Assembly (NCBI GenBank): GCA_964540825.1
Contig: CAZINT010000001.1
Coordinates: 69,315 to 133,314 of the forward strand
DNA: 64,000 bases
Reading direction: 5' to 3'
Source: an uncultured Gammaproteobacteria bacterium
GTDB lineage: Bacteria; Patescibacteriota; Patescibacteriia; Magasanikbacterales; GWA2-37-8
In this document: positions 57,390-64,000 of the stretch, in pieces
Layout: each line of letters begins with the position of its first letter
How positions within the stretch are numbered: the stretch's first letter is position 1
The notes under the pieces: model-generated
The model's input: only the letters and a program-made list of their open reading frames with translations
Databases searched by the model: none
Told to the model about the DNA's origin: nothing
Made by a program: the position numbers and the translations under genes

Positions 57390-57566
57390 TTATACCGTAG
57401 CTTTGGTAATGGTACGGCGGCAGGTGGAGCAAGCCTTCAAACGGTCACCGGCAACAGAGAGGAGTTGGAGGTTTGGTTTTTGACGGCGAGGAACCTTCTG
57501 GTTCGAGTGGCTAACGTGGTTGGCGCGGACAGCCTTTTTTCCGCAGAGTTCACAGGAACGGCTCAT
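57390..57566 (-). CDS. rpmB: 50S ribosomal protein L28 (58 aa; below the ORF-track length cutoff)
   Basis: Hand translation MSRSCELCGKKAVRANHVSHSNQKVPRRQKPNLQLLSVAGDRLKACSTCRRTITKATV shows the L28 N-terminal motif and Cys pairs. Consensus promoter TTGACA-N17-TATACT at 57621-57649 (minus strand). Confidence 0.8.
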   Translation of the reverse strand: MSRSCELCGKKAVRANHVSHSNQKVPRRQKPNLQLLSVAGDRLKACSTCRRTITKATV

Positions 57567-57653
57567 ATTGATACCTTAAAGAAAATTGAGTATACTTAGC
57601 TAATAGATTGAAGTAGGACTAGTATAGCTAAACTACATTAAATTGTCAATACT

Positions 57654-58274
57654 ATGGATTTTACCTCCCCGGAAGCCTTTATTTCGCTCTTGTTTTACTT
57701 CGTTATTATCATTCCTTCGAGCATTATTCATGAATATGCTCATGGGGCCATGGCTGATTACCTGGGTGACCCGACCGCACGGTATGCGGGGAGACTGACG
57801 GTTAACCCCAGGCCGCATATTGATCTCTGGGGTACTATTTTGCTGCCTGTTATTCTATTTCTCTCAACAGGCGGCAAATTTTTGTTTGCCTATGCTAAAC
57901 CCGTACCATATAACCCGTATAACTTAAAAAATCAAAAATGGGGTCCGGCTTTGGTGGGGCTCGCCGGTCCGGTTGCTAATTTTTTACTTGCTGCAGCTAC
58001 CGCCATTATCTTGCGCTTTGTGAGTACTTCTGCAATCGCGCCGTTTTTGGCAATTATCGTTTACGCCAATTTGATGCTCATGGTGTTTAATCTGGTGCCG
58101 CTGCCTCCTTTGGACGGTTCAAAAATTTTGTTTGCGATCTTGCCTGATTCCATGGTCGGTGTGCGGAATTTTTTGGAACGTTACGGCACCATTCTTGTTC
58201 TCGTTTTTGTTTTCTTTCTCTTTCAAATGCTTTCGCCAGTGATTGAATTTTTATTTACTCTGTTGGTTGGATAA
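57654..58274 (+). CDS. M50-family (site-2 protease-like) membrane metalloprotease
   Basis: HEYAH (HExxH) within a TM helix and the NLVPLPPLDG motif. Confidence 0.75.
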   Translation: MDFTSPEAFISLLFYFVIIIPSSIIHEYAHGAMADYLGDPTARYAGRLTVNPRPHIDLWGTILLPVILFLSTGGKFLFAYAKPVPYNPYNLKNQKWGPALVGLAGPVANFLLAAATAIILRFVSTSAIAPFLAIIVYANLMLMVFNLVPLPPLDGSKILFAILPDSMVGVRNFLERYGTILVLVFVFFLFQMLSPVIEFLFTLLVG

Positions 58275-58277
58275 TTT

Positions 58278-59438
58278 GTGTCTTCAGTTTTTTCGGTCAG
58301 CGAATTTATTAAAAACATCAACGACATTATTGCTGGTGAGTTTGTGGTTGAAGGTGAAATTTCGCAGTATAAAATTTCGCAAGGCAAGTGGATCTTTTTT
58401 GATATCAAAGATGAGTATAGTTGTCTTAATTGTTTTTCGACGGTGTACATGTTGCCTGCACCTCTTGAGGATGGTATGCGGGTGCAGGTACTAGGTTATC
58501 CTAAAATTCATGATAAAAGCGGCCGGTTTAGTTTTACCGTTCAGAAAGTGGTGCCGATTGGAGTCGGCGCCTTACAGCGGGCGTATGCACTCCTCAAAGA
58601 AAAATTAACGTTAGAAGGATTGTTCGTTGCTGAGCGTAAGCGTGCTTTACCGGAAATGCCGCAGCGTATTGGTGTAATTGCCTCGCGCGACAGCGCTGCG
58701 TTCGGAGATTTTAAAAGAATTATTACGGAACGTTGGGGAGGCCTCGAAATACTCTTGCGTCACGTAACTGTGCAGGGCGAGAGTGCAACTGGCGAGATCG
58801 TAGCTGCTTTTCAGGAGTTCAATGCCCTGCCAGAGGCCTGCGAGGTGATTGCACTCATACGTGGTGGCGGGTCGCTCGAAGATTTGGCTGCATTTAATTC
58901 TGAAGAAGTCGTGCGGGCAGTATATGGAAGCAAGAGTCCGGTTGTAACCGGCGTCGGGCATGAACAGGATGTTACCCTTGTTGATTTTGTCGCCGACGTG
59001 CGTGCGGCAACACCAACGCACGCGGCCCAGCTAGTAACTGCTGATCGACGAGAATTTGTGCTAAACCTTGACCTGGGGCTGCGACGGATTCAAGATGTGC
59101 TCGAGTATCGCCTGGTCCGGCAGCGAAGTAATATCGATGAGCAGACAAATGTATTTAATCGTTTTTTCGATCGCTGCATTCAACAGGGGCGATTTATGAT
59201 CGAGCGTTTTGAAAGTGTGCCGCGTACGCTACTGGCCTTGACGACCGAACGCCTCACAGCCGTGACGCATGCTGAACAACTGCTCGCGAGCGGTAATCCG
59301 CGCCGGGTACTTGCCCGGGGGTATAGTATTGTACGAAATGCCAAGGGTAAAATACTTAAGAAAGCCGGCAGCGTAGACAGTGGCGAAACGCTCATGGTAG
59401 AATTAGCAGAAGGAGAGATTGCCGCGAAGGTTATTTAA
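58278..59438 (+). CDS. xseA: exodeoxyribonuclease VII large subunit
   Basis: N-terminal OB fold. IRGGGSLEDLAAFN catalytic-region motif. The start codon at 58278 is GTG. Confidence 0.85.
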   Translation: MSSVFSVSEFIKNINDIIAGEFVVEGEISQYKISQGKWIFFDIKDEYSCLNCFSTVYMLPAPLEDGMRVQVLGYPKIHDKSGRFSFTVQKVVPIGVGALQRAYALLKEKLTLEGLFVAERKRALPEMPQRIGVIASRDSAAFGDFKRIITERWGGLEILLRHVTVQGESATGEIVAAFQEFNALPEACEVIALIRGGGSLEDLAAFNSEEVVRAVYGSKSPVVTGVGHEQDVTLVDFVADVRAATPTHAAQLVTADRREFVLNLDLGLRRIQDVLEYRLVRQRSNIDEQTNVFNRFFDRCIQQGRFMIERFESVPRTLLALTTERLTAVTHAEQLLASGNPRRVLARGYSIVRNAKGKILKKAGSVDSGETLMVELAEGEIAAKVI

Positions 59439-59447
59439 TTTATTTAT

Positions 59448-59651
59448 ATGGCTGCAGCTGAAAAGAAAAAATTCAATTTTGCAAAAAATTATCAAGAACT
59501 TCAAAAATTAGTCGCTTGGTTTGAAAGCGACACCGTTGACCTCGAAGAAGGTATCGTTAAATTTGAAGAGGGGATTAAGCTCACAAAAGAACTTAAAGAA
59601 TACCTCAGTACCATGGAAAATAAAATAAAAGAACTTAAGAAGCTTGCTTAG
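59448..59651 (+). CDS. xseB: exodeoxyribonuclease VII small subunit
   Basis: 67-aa helical protein FEESLxxLExIVxxLExGxxxLEE pattern, immediately after xseA. Confidence 0.8.
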   Translation: MAAAEKKKFNFAKNYQELQKLVAWFESDTVDLEEGIVKFEEGIKLTKELKEYLSTMENKIKELKKLA

Positions 59652-59735
59652 CCGCTTATGTTTTGGAGGGACTATTTTATTCTTATTCGCAAAATGCTCT
59701 AACGTAAGAGCATTTTGTTGTTTTTAATTAAATGT

Positions 59736-60248
59736 ATGCAGCCCACGCGTTATGCTTTGCCCCAGGAAATTTTACTCCGAGAAGCGGATGGCGCCAACGA
59801 TCGTTTTAAGGCGCTCTTACTTCGTGAAATCAATAAAGTAAATTACCAGGCAGCGCCAGGACATTTTAATTTCAATAACAAGCAGGAAATGGTTCGTATT
59901 TTGCTTTGCTTGCAGTTGGTAGAAATATATAATTATCCGCTTCAGCAAATTCGCATCGAAGTTTTAGTGCCCAAAACGCATCCACGGCAACGAGCTGATG
60001 TTGTCGTGTATACTGATGAAGCCCGAACCAAACCATTTTTGGTCTTTGAATGTCTGAAACCTGGCGCTTCCTTTGCCGAACTTAATCGTTCAATCTTACG
60101 TGTTATTCATCAGGCAAAAATTTTATCTGCTGAGTATGCTATTGTGACCAGCGGAACCGTGCGCAAAGTTGTCAAAGTAGCGGCCTGCCGAGGGGCAGTT
60201 ATCCCGCGGAGTGCCTGGCAAGAAGACTGGCCAATGGCTTCGGCGTAA
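59736..60248 (+). CDS. small PD-(D/E)xK nuclease-fold protein (restriction-endonuclease-like, HsdR-N/Mrr-like core)
   Basis: RADVVVY...FLVFECLKP matches the D...(D/E)xK arrangement. ORF-track start 59715; Met at 59736 preferred. Confidence 0.5.
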   Translation: MQPTRYALPQEILLREADGANDRFKALLLREINKVNYQAAPGHFNFNNKQEMVRILLCLQLVEIYNYPLQQIRIEVLVPKTHPRQRADVVVYTDEARTKPFLVFECLKPGASFAELNRSILRVIHQAKILSAEYAIVTSGTVRKVVKVAACRGAVIPRSAWQEDWPMASA

Positions 60249-60311
60249 AGCTTGCTATTTGAACTATTCTGTTGGTATACTCAGATAAACTTATTTGTAA
60301 GTATAATATAT

Positions 60312-60650
60312 ATGAAATTATTACTTCGTTGGCTCTTTAGCGCCGGCCTCCTGATGCTCATCGCGTACTATTTGCCTGGCGTACATATTTTTAGTTTTTA
60401 TAACGCCCTTATCGCCGCGCTTATTTTAGGCCTGATCAACGCAATTATTCGGCCGATTATTATTCTTTTAACGCTACCCGTAAATGTAATTACACTCGGA
60501 TTATTTAGTTTGGTAATTAATGCGCTCATGTTCTGGCTGGCAGGCAGTATTGTCAAAGGTTTTTATGTTGACGGGTTTACGCCGGCTTTGTTTGGGTCAT
60601 TGATTATGTCTGTGGGCGGCTGGATTTTTAGCAGTTTGTTTAAAGAGTAG
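60312..60650 (+). CDS. DUF360 (YvlD / Phage_holin_4_2-like) four-TM membrane protein
   Basis: LPGVHIF...ALILGLINAIIRPIIILLTLPVNVITLGLFSLVINALMFWLA matches the family consensus. TGGTATACT promoter upstream (60280-60288). Confidence 0.65.
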   Translation: MKLLLRWLFSAGLLMLIAYYLPGVHIFSFYNALIAALILGLINAIIRPIIILLTLPVNVITLGLFSLVINALMFWLAGSIVKGFYVDGFTPALFGSLIMSVGGWIFSSLFKE

Positions 60651-60840
60651 TGTGAAAAAATATTCCTCGAATCGTGCTCAAAAAGGCAAAACAGCCTATC
60701 GTACACCAAGCCGTTGGCTCGCTGGTCGGCCAGAAGCGTTTAAACGGCGCGATAATACTAAAATTATGCGCGGTATGCAAAAGTCTCATTTTCCACTTGG
60801 TAGTAAAGACACGAATGTTTAGTCTGTAATCTGTACTTCT

Positions 60841-61527
60841 ATGAAACAAAACTATAAAATTGTATCAGTCGGTGGTTCAATTGTTATTCCGCAAACTGGT
60901 TTTGATATTGAATTTTTAAAAAAGTTTAAAGCGTTAATTTTGAAAGAGGTTAAAAAAGGCCAAAAATTTATTTTGGTAATTGGAGGTGGTGGAACGGCGC
61001 GGAGTTATCAGGCAGCTGCTAAAGCAGTGGCCGGATTATCAAATGACAATTTAGATTGGGTTGGTATTTATGCCACACAATTGAATGCTCAGTTTGTGCG
61101 CATGCTTTTTGGGGCGGATGCGCATGCCGAGATTATTACTAATCCAACTAGAAAGTTTATTACAAAAAAATCCATTATTATTGGTGCTGGGTGGAAACCG
61201 GGCTGCTCAACGGATAATGACGCGGTACTCTTGGCTAAAACATTTGGAGCTAAAGAAATAATCAATTTATCCAATATTGATTACGTTTACACAAGCGACC
61301 CGAAAATTAATCCAAGTGCTACGAAGCTTGAAAATATCGGCTGGAAAGAATTGCGCAAGATTATTGGCGACAAATGGACGCCTGGTGCAAACGTACCGTT
61401 TGACCCCACAGCTGCCAAGACTGCGGAGAAGCTAAAATTGAAAGTTTCGTTTGTGAAAGGAACGGATCTGGGTGAAGTCGCTAAAGTAATTCAGGGCAGA
61501 AAATGTTTAGGAACAGTAATTATATAA
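60841..61527 (+). CDS. pyrH: amino-acid-kinase-family protein, probably archaeal-type UMP kinase
   Basis: KIVSVGGS and VIGGGGTAR motifs. ~228 aa, resembling archaeal-type UMPK more than bacterial PyrH. Confidence 0.55.
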   Translation: MKQNYKIVSVGGSIVIPQTGFDIEFLKKFKALILKEVKKGQKFILVIGGGGTARSYQAAAKAVAGLSNDNLDWVGIYATQLNAQFVRMLFGADAHAEIITNPTRKFITKKSIIIGAGWKPGCSTDNDAVLLAKTFGAKEIINLSNIDYVYTSDPKINPSATKLENIGWKELRKIIGDKWTPGANVPFDPTAAKTAEKLKLKVSFVKGTDLGEVAKVIQGRKCLGTVII

Positions 61528-61532
61528 TTTTT

Positions 61533-61570
61533 AAAAAATAACCTGCCATTGGTGATGGCAGGTTATTTTT
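61533..61570. terminator. bidirectional intrinsic terminator (serves pyrH and the minus-strand CSD gene)
   Basis: AAAAAATAACCTGCCATTGGTGATGGCAGGTTATTTTT. Confidence 0.8.
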
Positions 61571-61635
61571 GTACAGGAAGGCGGTAAGGCCTTCCTGGGG
61601 GTTGTGGTTCCGGCTCTGCTTACCCAGAGCACCCG

Positions 61636-62157
61636 CTACTTGTCCTTGATCTTGATGTTCGGCGGCAGACTGGCCTTCGGCAGCTGGGGCTGGTAGCTGC
61701 TGTTCTCGCCGTCCCAGCACGCGATTCTGAAGATCTGCGTTGTGGCGGGTCGCCAGATGATCCCCGTCCAGTAAACGGGGTTATTGCCGCCAGAGTTGAA
61801 GGTGACCTCGAGGGAGAAGTCACCCGCTCGGAGCTGCTTCTCCGTGATCCAGGGGATCGTGGAGAGGGGGATCATCTGGGACTCACCGCTGTCGCTGATG
61901 GTGACGGGCTCCTCGTCCTCGAAGCACCAGCGGCAGGCCTGCGGGCCTTTTCCGTTTCTGCCCGGCTCGACCTTGCACACTAGGCGATCACCCTTCTGAG
62001 GTGTCCGGCTGAGCGGCTGGTCGCCGAGCCAGGGGGAGTACCGGGCGGCGTGGAAGAACACGTCGCCCCCGTTGTTGTCGAGGACGATGAAGCCGTACCG
62101 CTCCTCTGGCTTGAAGAACTTGACGATTCCGCTCTTGGTGTCAGGCTGTCGCTTCAC
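61636..62157 (-). CDS. cold-shock-domain protein with a ~100-aa C-terminal extension (GC-rich island gene F)
   Basis: GTG start with AGGAGG RBS 7 nt upstream. GIVKFFKPEERYGFIVLDNNGGDVFFHAARY...KGDRLVCKVEPGRNGKGPQA is a canonical CSD. ~105-nt 5' UTR with a 10-bp stem TTTGGGTCGC/GCGACCCAAA and a TCGGCGC/GCGCCGA stem, like csp leaders. Promoter TTGACA-N17-TATATT at 62261-62289 (minus). Confidence 0.65.
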   Translation of the reverse strand: MKRQPDTKSGIVKFFKPEERYGFIVLDNNGGDVFFHAARYSPWLGDQPLSRTPQKGDRLVCKVEPGRNGKGPQACRWCFEDEEPVTISDSGESQMIPLSTIPWITEKQLRAGDFSLEVTFNSGGNNPVYWTGIIWRPATTQIFRIACWDGENSSYQPQLPKASLPPNIKIKDK

Positions 62158-62304
62158 TTTGTTCCCTCCTGAACTTTGTCGGCGCGTTGGCGCCGAGGTT
62201 TGGGTCGCGCTAAACACTGCTACGTGTGTAATGCGACCCAAATCTAGCAGGAAACAGCTGAATATATCATAAAAAAGTACTTTTGTCAATGTGCTGGAGC
62301 CTTG

Positions 62305-62333
62305 TTGACAATTTTTAAAACTTTGGATATACT
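62305..62333 (+). promoter_or_regulatory. consensus promoter TTGACA-N17-TATACT for rplJ-rplL, divergent from and partly overlapping the CSD-gene promoter
   Basis: Read directly. Confidence 0.6.
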
Positions 62334-62339
62334 TTACTC

Positions 62340-62475
62340 ACCATAGACAGCAGGGCTCTTCAAGCGAAGGGTTAATCATCCTGCCGAGGTAATCTATTTG
62401 GCTAATTTTAGCCAATTCCGGTCGAGATTTACCTGTTTTTCAAGTCTGTGGATATCACAGATTTTTTTATTTGGT
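62340..62475 (+). promoter_or_regulatory. rplJ leader region with hairpins and an attenuator-like stem CTGTGGATATCACAG plus T7 directly before the start codon
   Basis: TTGGCTAATTTTAGCCAA hairpin (62395-62412) and CTGTGGATATCACAG (62446-62460) followed by a T-run. rplJ leaders are known autoregulatory targets of L10-L12. Confidence 0.5.
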
Positions 62476-63000
62476 ATGCCAAAATCAAAACAACAGAAAC
62501 ACAATGAAGTCGACGCCCTCCAGAAAGGCCTTGCTGCCGCTAAAGCAGTAGTATTTGCCAATTTTCAGGGTTTAACCGTCGCTCAAAGTGAAGAACTCCG
62601 CAAAAGTGCTCGCGCCGTTGGTGTTGACGTGTTTGCGGCCAAGAAGACGTTAGTCAAACGCGCACTCGAAGGAGCTGGTATCAAAGACATCGGTACTGAT
62701 GCCTTTCAGGGCGGCGTAGCAACGTTCCTGGCTACACAAGACGAAGTATCAGCTGCTAAGGTGGTCAATGACTTTGCTAAAACTCACGAGATTGTAACGA
62801 TCTTCGGTGGTGTATTAGAAAACAAATTCATTACTGCTGCCAGCGTTAAAAGTTTAGCCGCACTCCCAACCAAACAGCAATTACTTGGTCAACTCGTTGG
62901 TACGCTTAACGCTCCAGTTTCTGGATTCGTTAATGTCCTTGCAGGCAACCTTCGTAATTTGGTGGGCGTTTTGAACAATATCAAAAACGCTAAGGCCTAA
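62476..63000 (+). CDS. rplJ: 50S ribosomal protein L10
   Basis: MPKSKQQKHNEVDALQKG...FANFQGLTV. The ORF-track start at 62398 runs through the leader and is rejected. Confidence 0.9.
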   Translation: MPKSKQQKHNEVDALQKGLAAAKAVVFANFQGLTVAQSEELRKSARAVGVDVFAAKKTLVKRALEGAGIKDIGTDAFQGGVATFLATQDEVSAAKVVNDFAKTHEIVTIFGGVLENKFITAASVKSLAALPTKQQLLGQLVGTLNAPVSGFVNVLAGNLRNLVGVLNNIKNAKA

Positions 63001-63036
63001 ATTCATTTACTTACACATTTATTAATTCTTATACAT

Positions 63037-63444
63037 ATGGAAGACAACAAAATGGTAGAAGTACCAGAAAAATTCAAGAGCCTCGTAGAACAAGTTGAAA
63101 AAATGTCTGTTCTCGACCTCGCTGAGCTCGTTAAAGTGCTCGAAGAGAAATTTGGCGTTTCAGCCGCTGCTCCGGCCATGATGATGGCTGCTCCTGCTGC
63201 TGGTGCTGCCGGAGGCGCTGCCGCTGAAGAGAAGACTGAGTTCAACGTTGAGCTTACTGACGCTGGTGCAAACAAAATCAACGTTATCAAGGCTGTGAAA
63301 GAAATCACCGGTCTTGGACTTGCTGATGCTAAAGGCCTCGTAGACGGTGCTCCAAAACTTATTAAAGAAGGTGTTAAGAAAGAAGAAGCTGAAACAATGA
63401 AAAAGAAAATCGAAGAAGCTGGTGGTAAAGTTACCCTCAAATAA
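63037..63444 (+). CDS. rplL: 50S ribosomal protein L7/L12
   Basis: N-terminal dimerisation helix, Ala/Gly-rich hinge, C-terminal domain [40 protein letters not shown]. Confidence 0.95.
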   Translation: MEDNKMVEVPEKFKSLVEQVEKMSVLDLAELVKVLEEKFGVSAAAPAMMMAAPAAGAAGGAAAEEKTEFNVELTDAGANKINVIKAVKEITGLGLADAKGLVDGAPKLIKEGVKKEEAETMKKKIEEAGGKVTLK

Positions 63445-63462
63445 GCTCTACAAAAATAAAAA

Positions 63463-63492
63463 AACAGCTCTCGTTTATTGGGAGCTGTTTTT
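63463..63492. terminator. bidirectional intrinsic terminator
   Basis: AAACAGCTCTCGTTTATTGGGAGCTGTTTTT. Confidence 0.75.
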
Positions 63493-63494
63493 AT

Positions 63495-64000
63495 TTAAAG
63501 CGGAAGAGCAAGCGAATACAAGGTGTTCTGGTCTATAATATACGCGATTTTATTTGCTTCATCGACTATAAGATCGCTTGCTGCGCCAAGATCACTAATA
63601 GGAATTTGTGCTTTGAGCGCGCCATTTTTATCGAAGATAATGAAGCGCTTGTTATCCGGGTCAAGAATATAAAGATACGTAAGATCGGTATAGGTCCAAA
63701 TACGTGCCTTTTTGCCAATGGTTGGCGATAACGCCTGGGCTGTAAAAGTTTGCTGGACGCCGGCGGTTAATTTAATAATTTGCCCGGTATCCTTGAGGGC
63801 AAAAATGTCGCCATCAATAGTGATATCGGTGACTCCTTCAAGGGTGCTGGCAGCGTCTTTGAGCCACGGCCGGCCAATAGCAAAACCGGTTTTGATTGGT
63901 TCGTAGCGATAAATTTGGTGCTTCGTGCCATCAAGGGCATACAAGCGTCCGTTATAGATAACGGTGCTGTCGAGCTTTGTTTGATCGTCGGGAAGGGTTA
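63495..64000 (-). CDS. hypothetical protein, 5' end probably beyond the window
   Basis: Open frame continues to the window edge. No recognised motif. Confidence 0.35.
   Translation of the reverse strand, partial: TLPDDQTKLDSTVIYNGRLYALDGTKHQIYRYEPIKTGFAIGRPWLKDAASTLEGVTDITIDGDIFALKDTGQIIKLTAGVQQTFTAQALSPTIGKKARIWTYTDLTYLYILDPDNKRFIIFDKNGALKAQIPISDLGAASDLIVDEANKIAYIIDQNTLYSLALPL

Noticed and set aside
57633-57818. 61-aa minus-strand ORF overlapping the M50 protease start
   Set aside because: It is antisense to a well-supported gene and has no RBS. The real small gene in this region is rpmB (57390..57566), found by hand translation.
62440-62460. DnaA box (TGTGGATAT) suggesting a replication origin near rplJ
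   Set aside because: It is a single 8/9 match forming part of the leader attenuator hairpin. There is no cluster of boxes, AT-rich unwinding element, or dnaA/dnaN nearby. gyrB is 34 kb away.
62398-62475. ORF-track extension of rplJ back to 62398
   Set aside because: The extra 26 codons cover the structured rplJ leader and its attenuator hairpin. The conserved L10 N-terminus MPKSKQQ starts at ATG 62476.

Overview
This window is a low-GC (roughly 42-46% by eye), gene-dense, streamlined bacterial chromosome segment made up almost entirely of housekeeping genes. Several traits point to a small-genome, CPR/Patescibacteria-like organism, but that is an inference with low confidence: leaderless or extended -10 promoters of the form TGnTATACT, archaeal-type UMP kinase, AspRS without the GAD domain, and UvrC without the (HhH)2 tail. 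Recognisable genes fall into several groups. Ribosomal proteins are L25, L31, L19, L11, S2, L28, L10 and L7/L12. The translation release operon is rpmE-prfA-prmC. There is a secE-nusG-rplK block, plus gyrB, rpsB-tsf, and the glycolytic genes gap, pgk, eno and two tandem iPGM paralogs. The aaRS genes are aspS, valS, tyrS and argS. Other genes are scpA/scpB, xseA/xseB, ndk and queA. The window also holds two uvrA paralogs and a C-terminally truncated uvrC. Two tRNAs are present: a tRNA-Leu(GAG) and an unusual tRNA-Ile with anticodon UAU. Intrinsic terminators are frequent, and many promoters are textbook sigma70 TTGACA-N17-TATACT elements. The most striking signal not explained by ordinary annotation is a set of six short GC-rich (~58-62% by eye) micro-islands of 0.25-1.2 kb. 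They lie in intergenic gaps between conserved genes, and two sit directly beside tRNA genes. Four encode small lipoproteins, a fifth a small secreted or membrane protein, and the sixth a cold-shock-domain protein with an extra C-terminal domain, several with strong AGGAGG-type RBS. The island next to tRNA-Ile has no secure coding assignment. A second notable locus lies at 57.0-57.4 kb. It contains an orphan consensus promoter, a ~190-nt structured transcript with no downstream gene, an 83-bp element built from four direct plus four inverted copies of a 9-mer (CAGRKTARG), and a terminator made of the same motif. All calls come from reading the sequence and from motif knowledge. No database searches were run.
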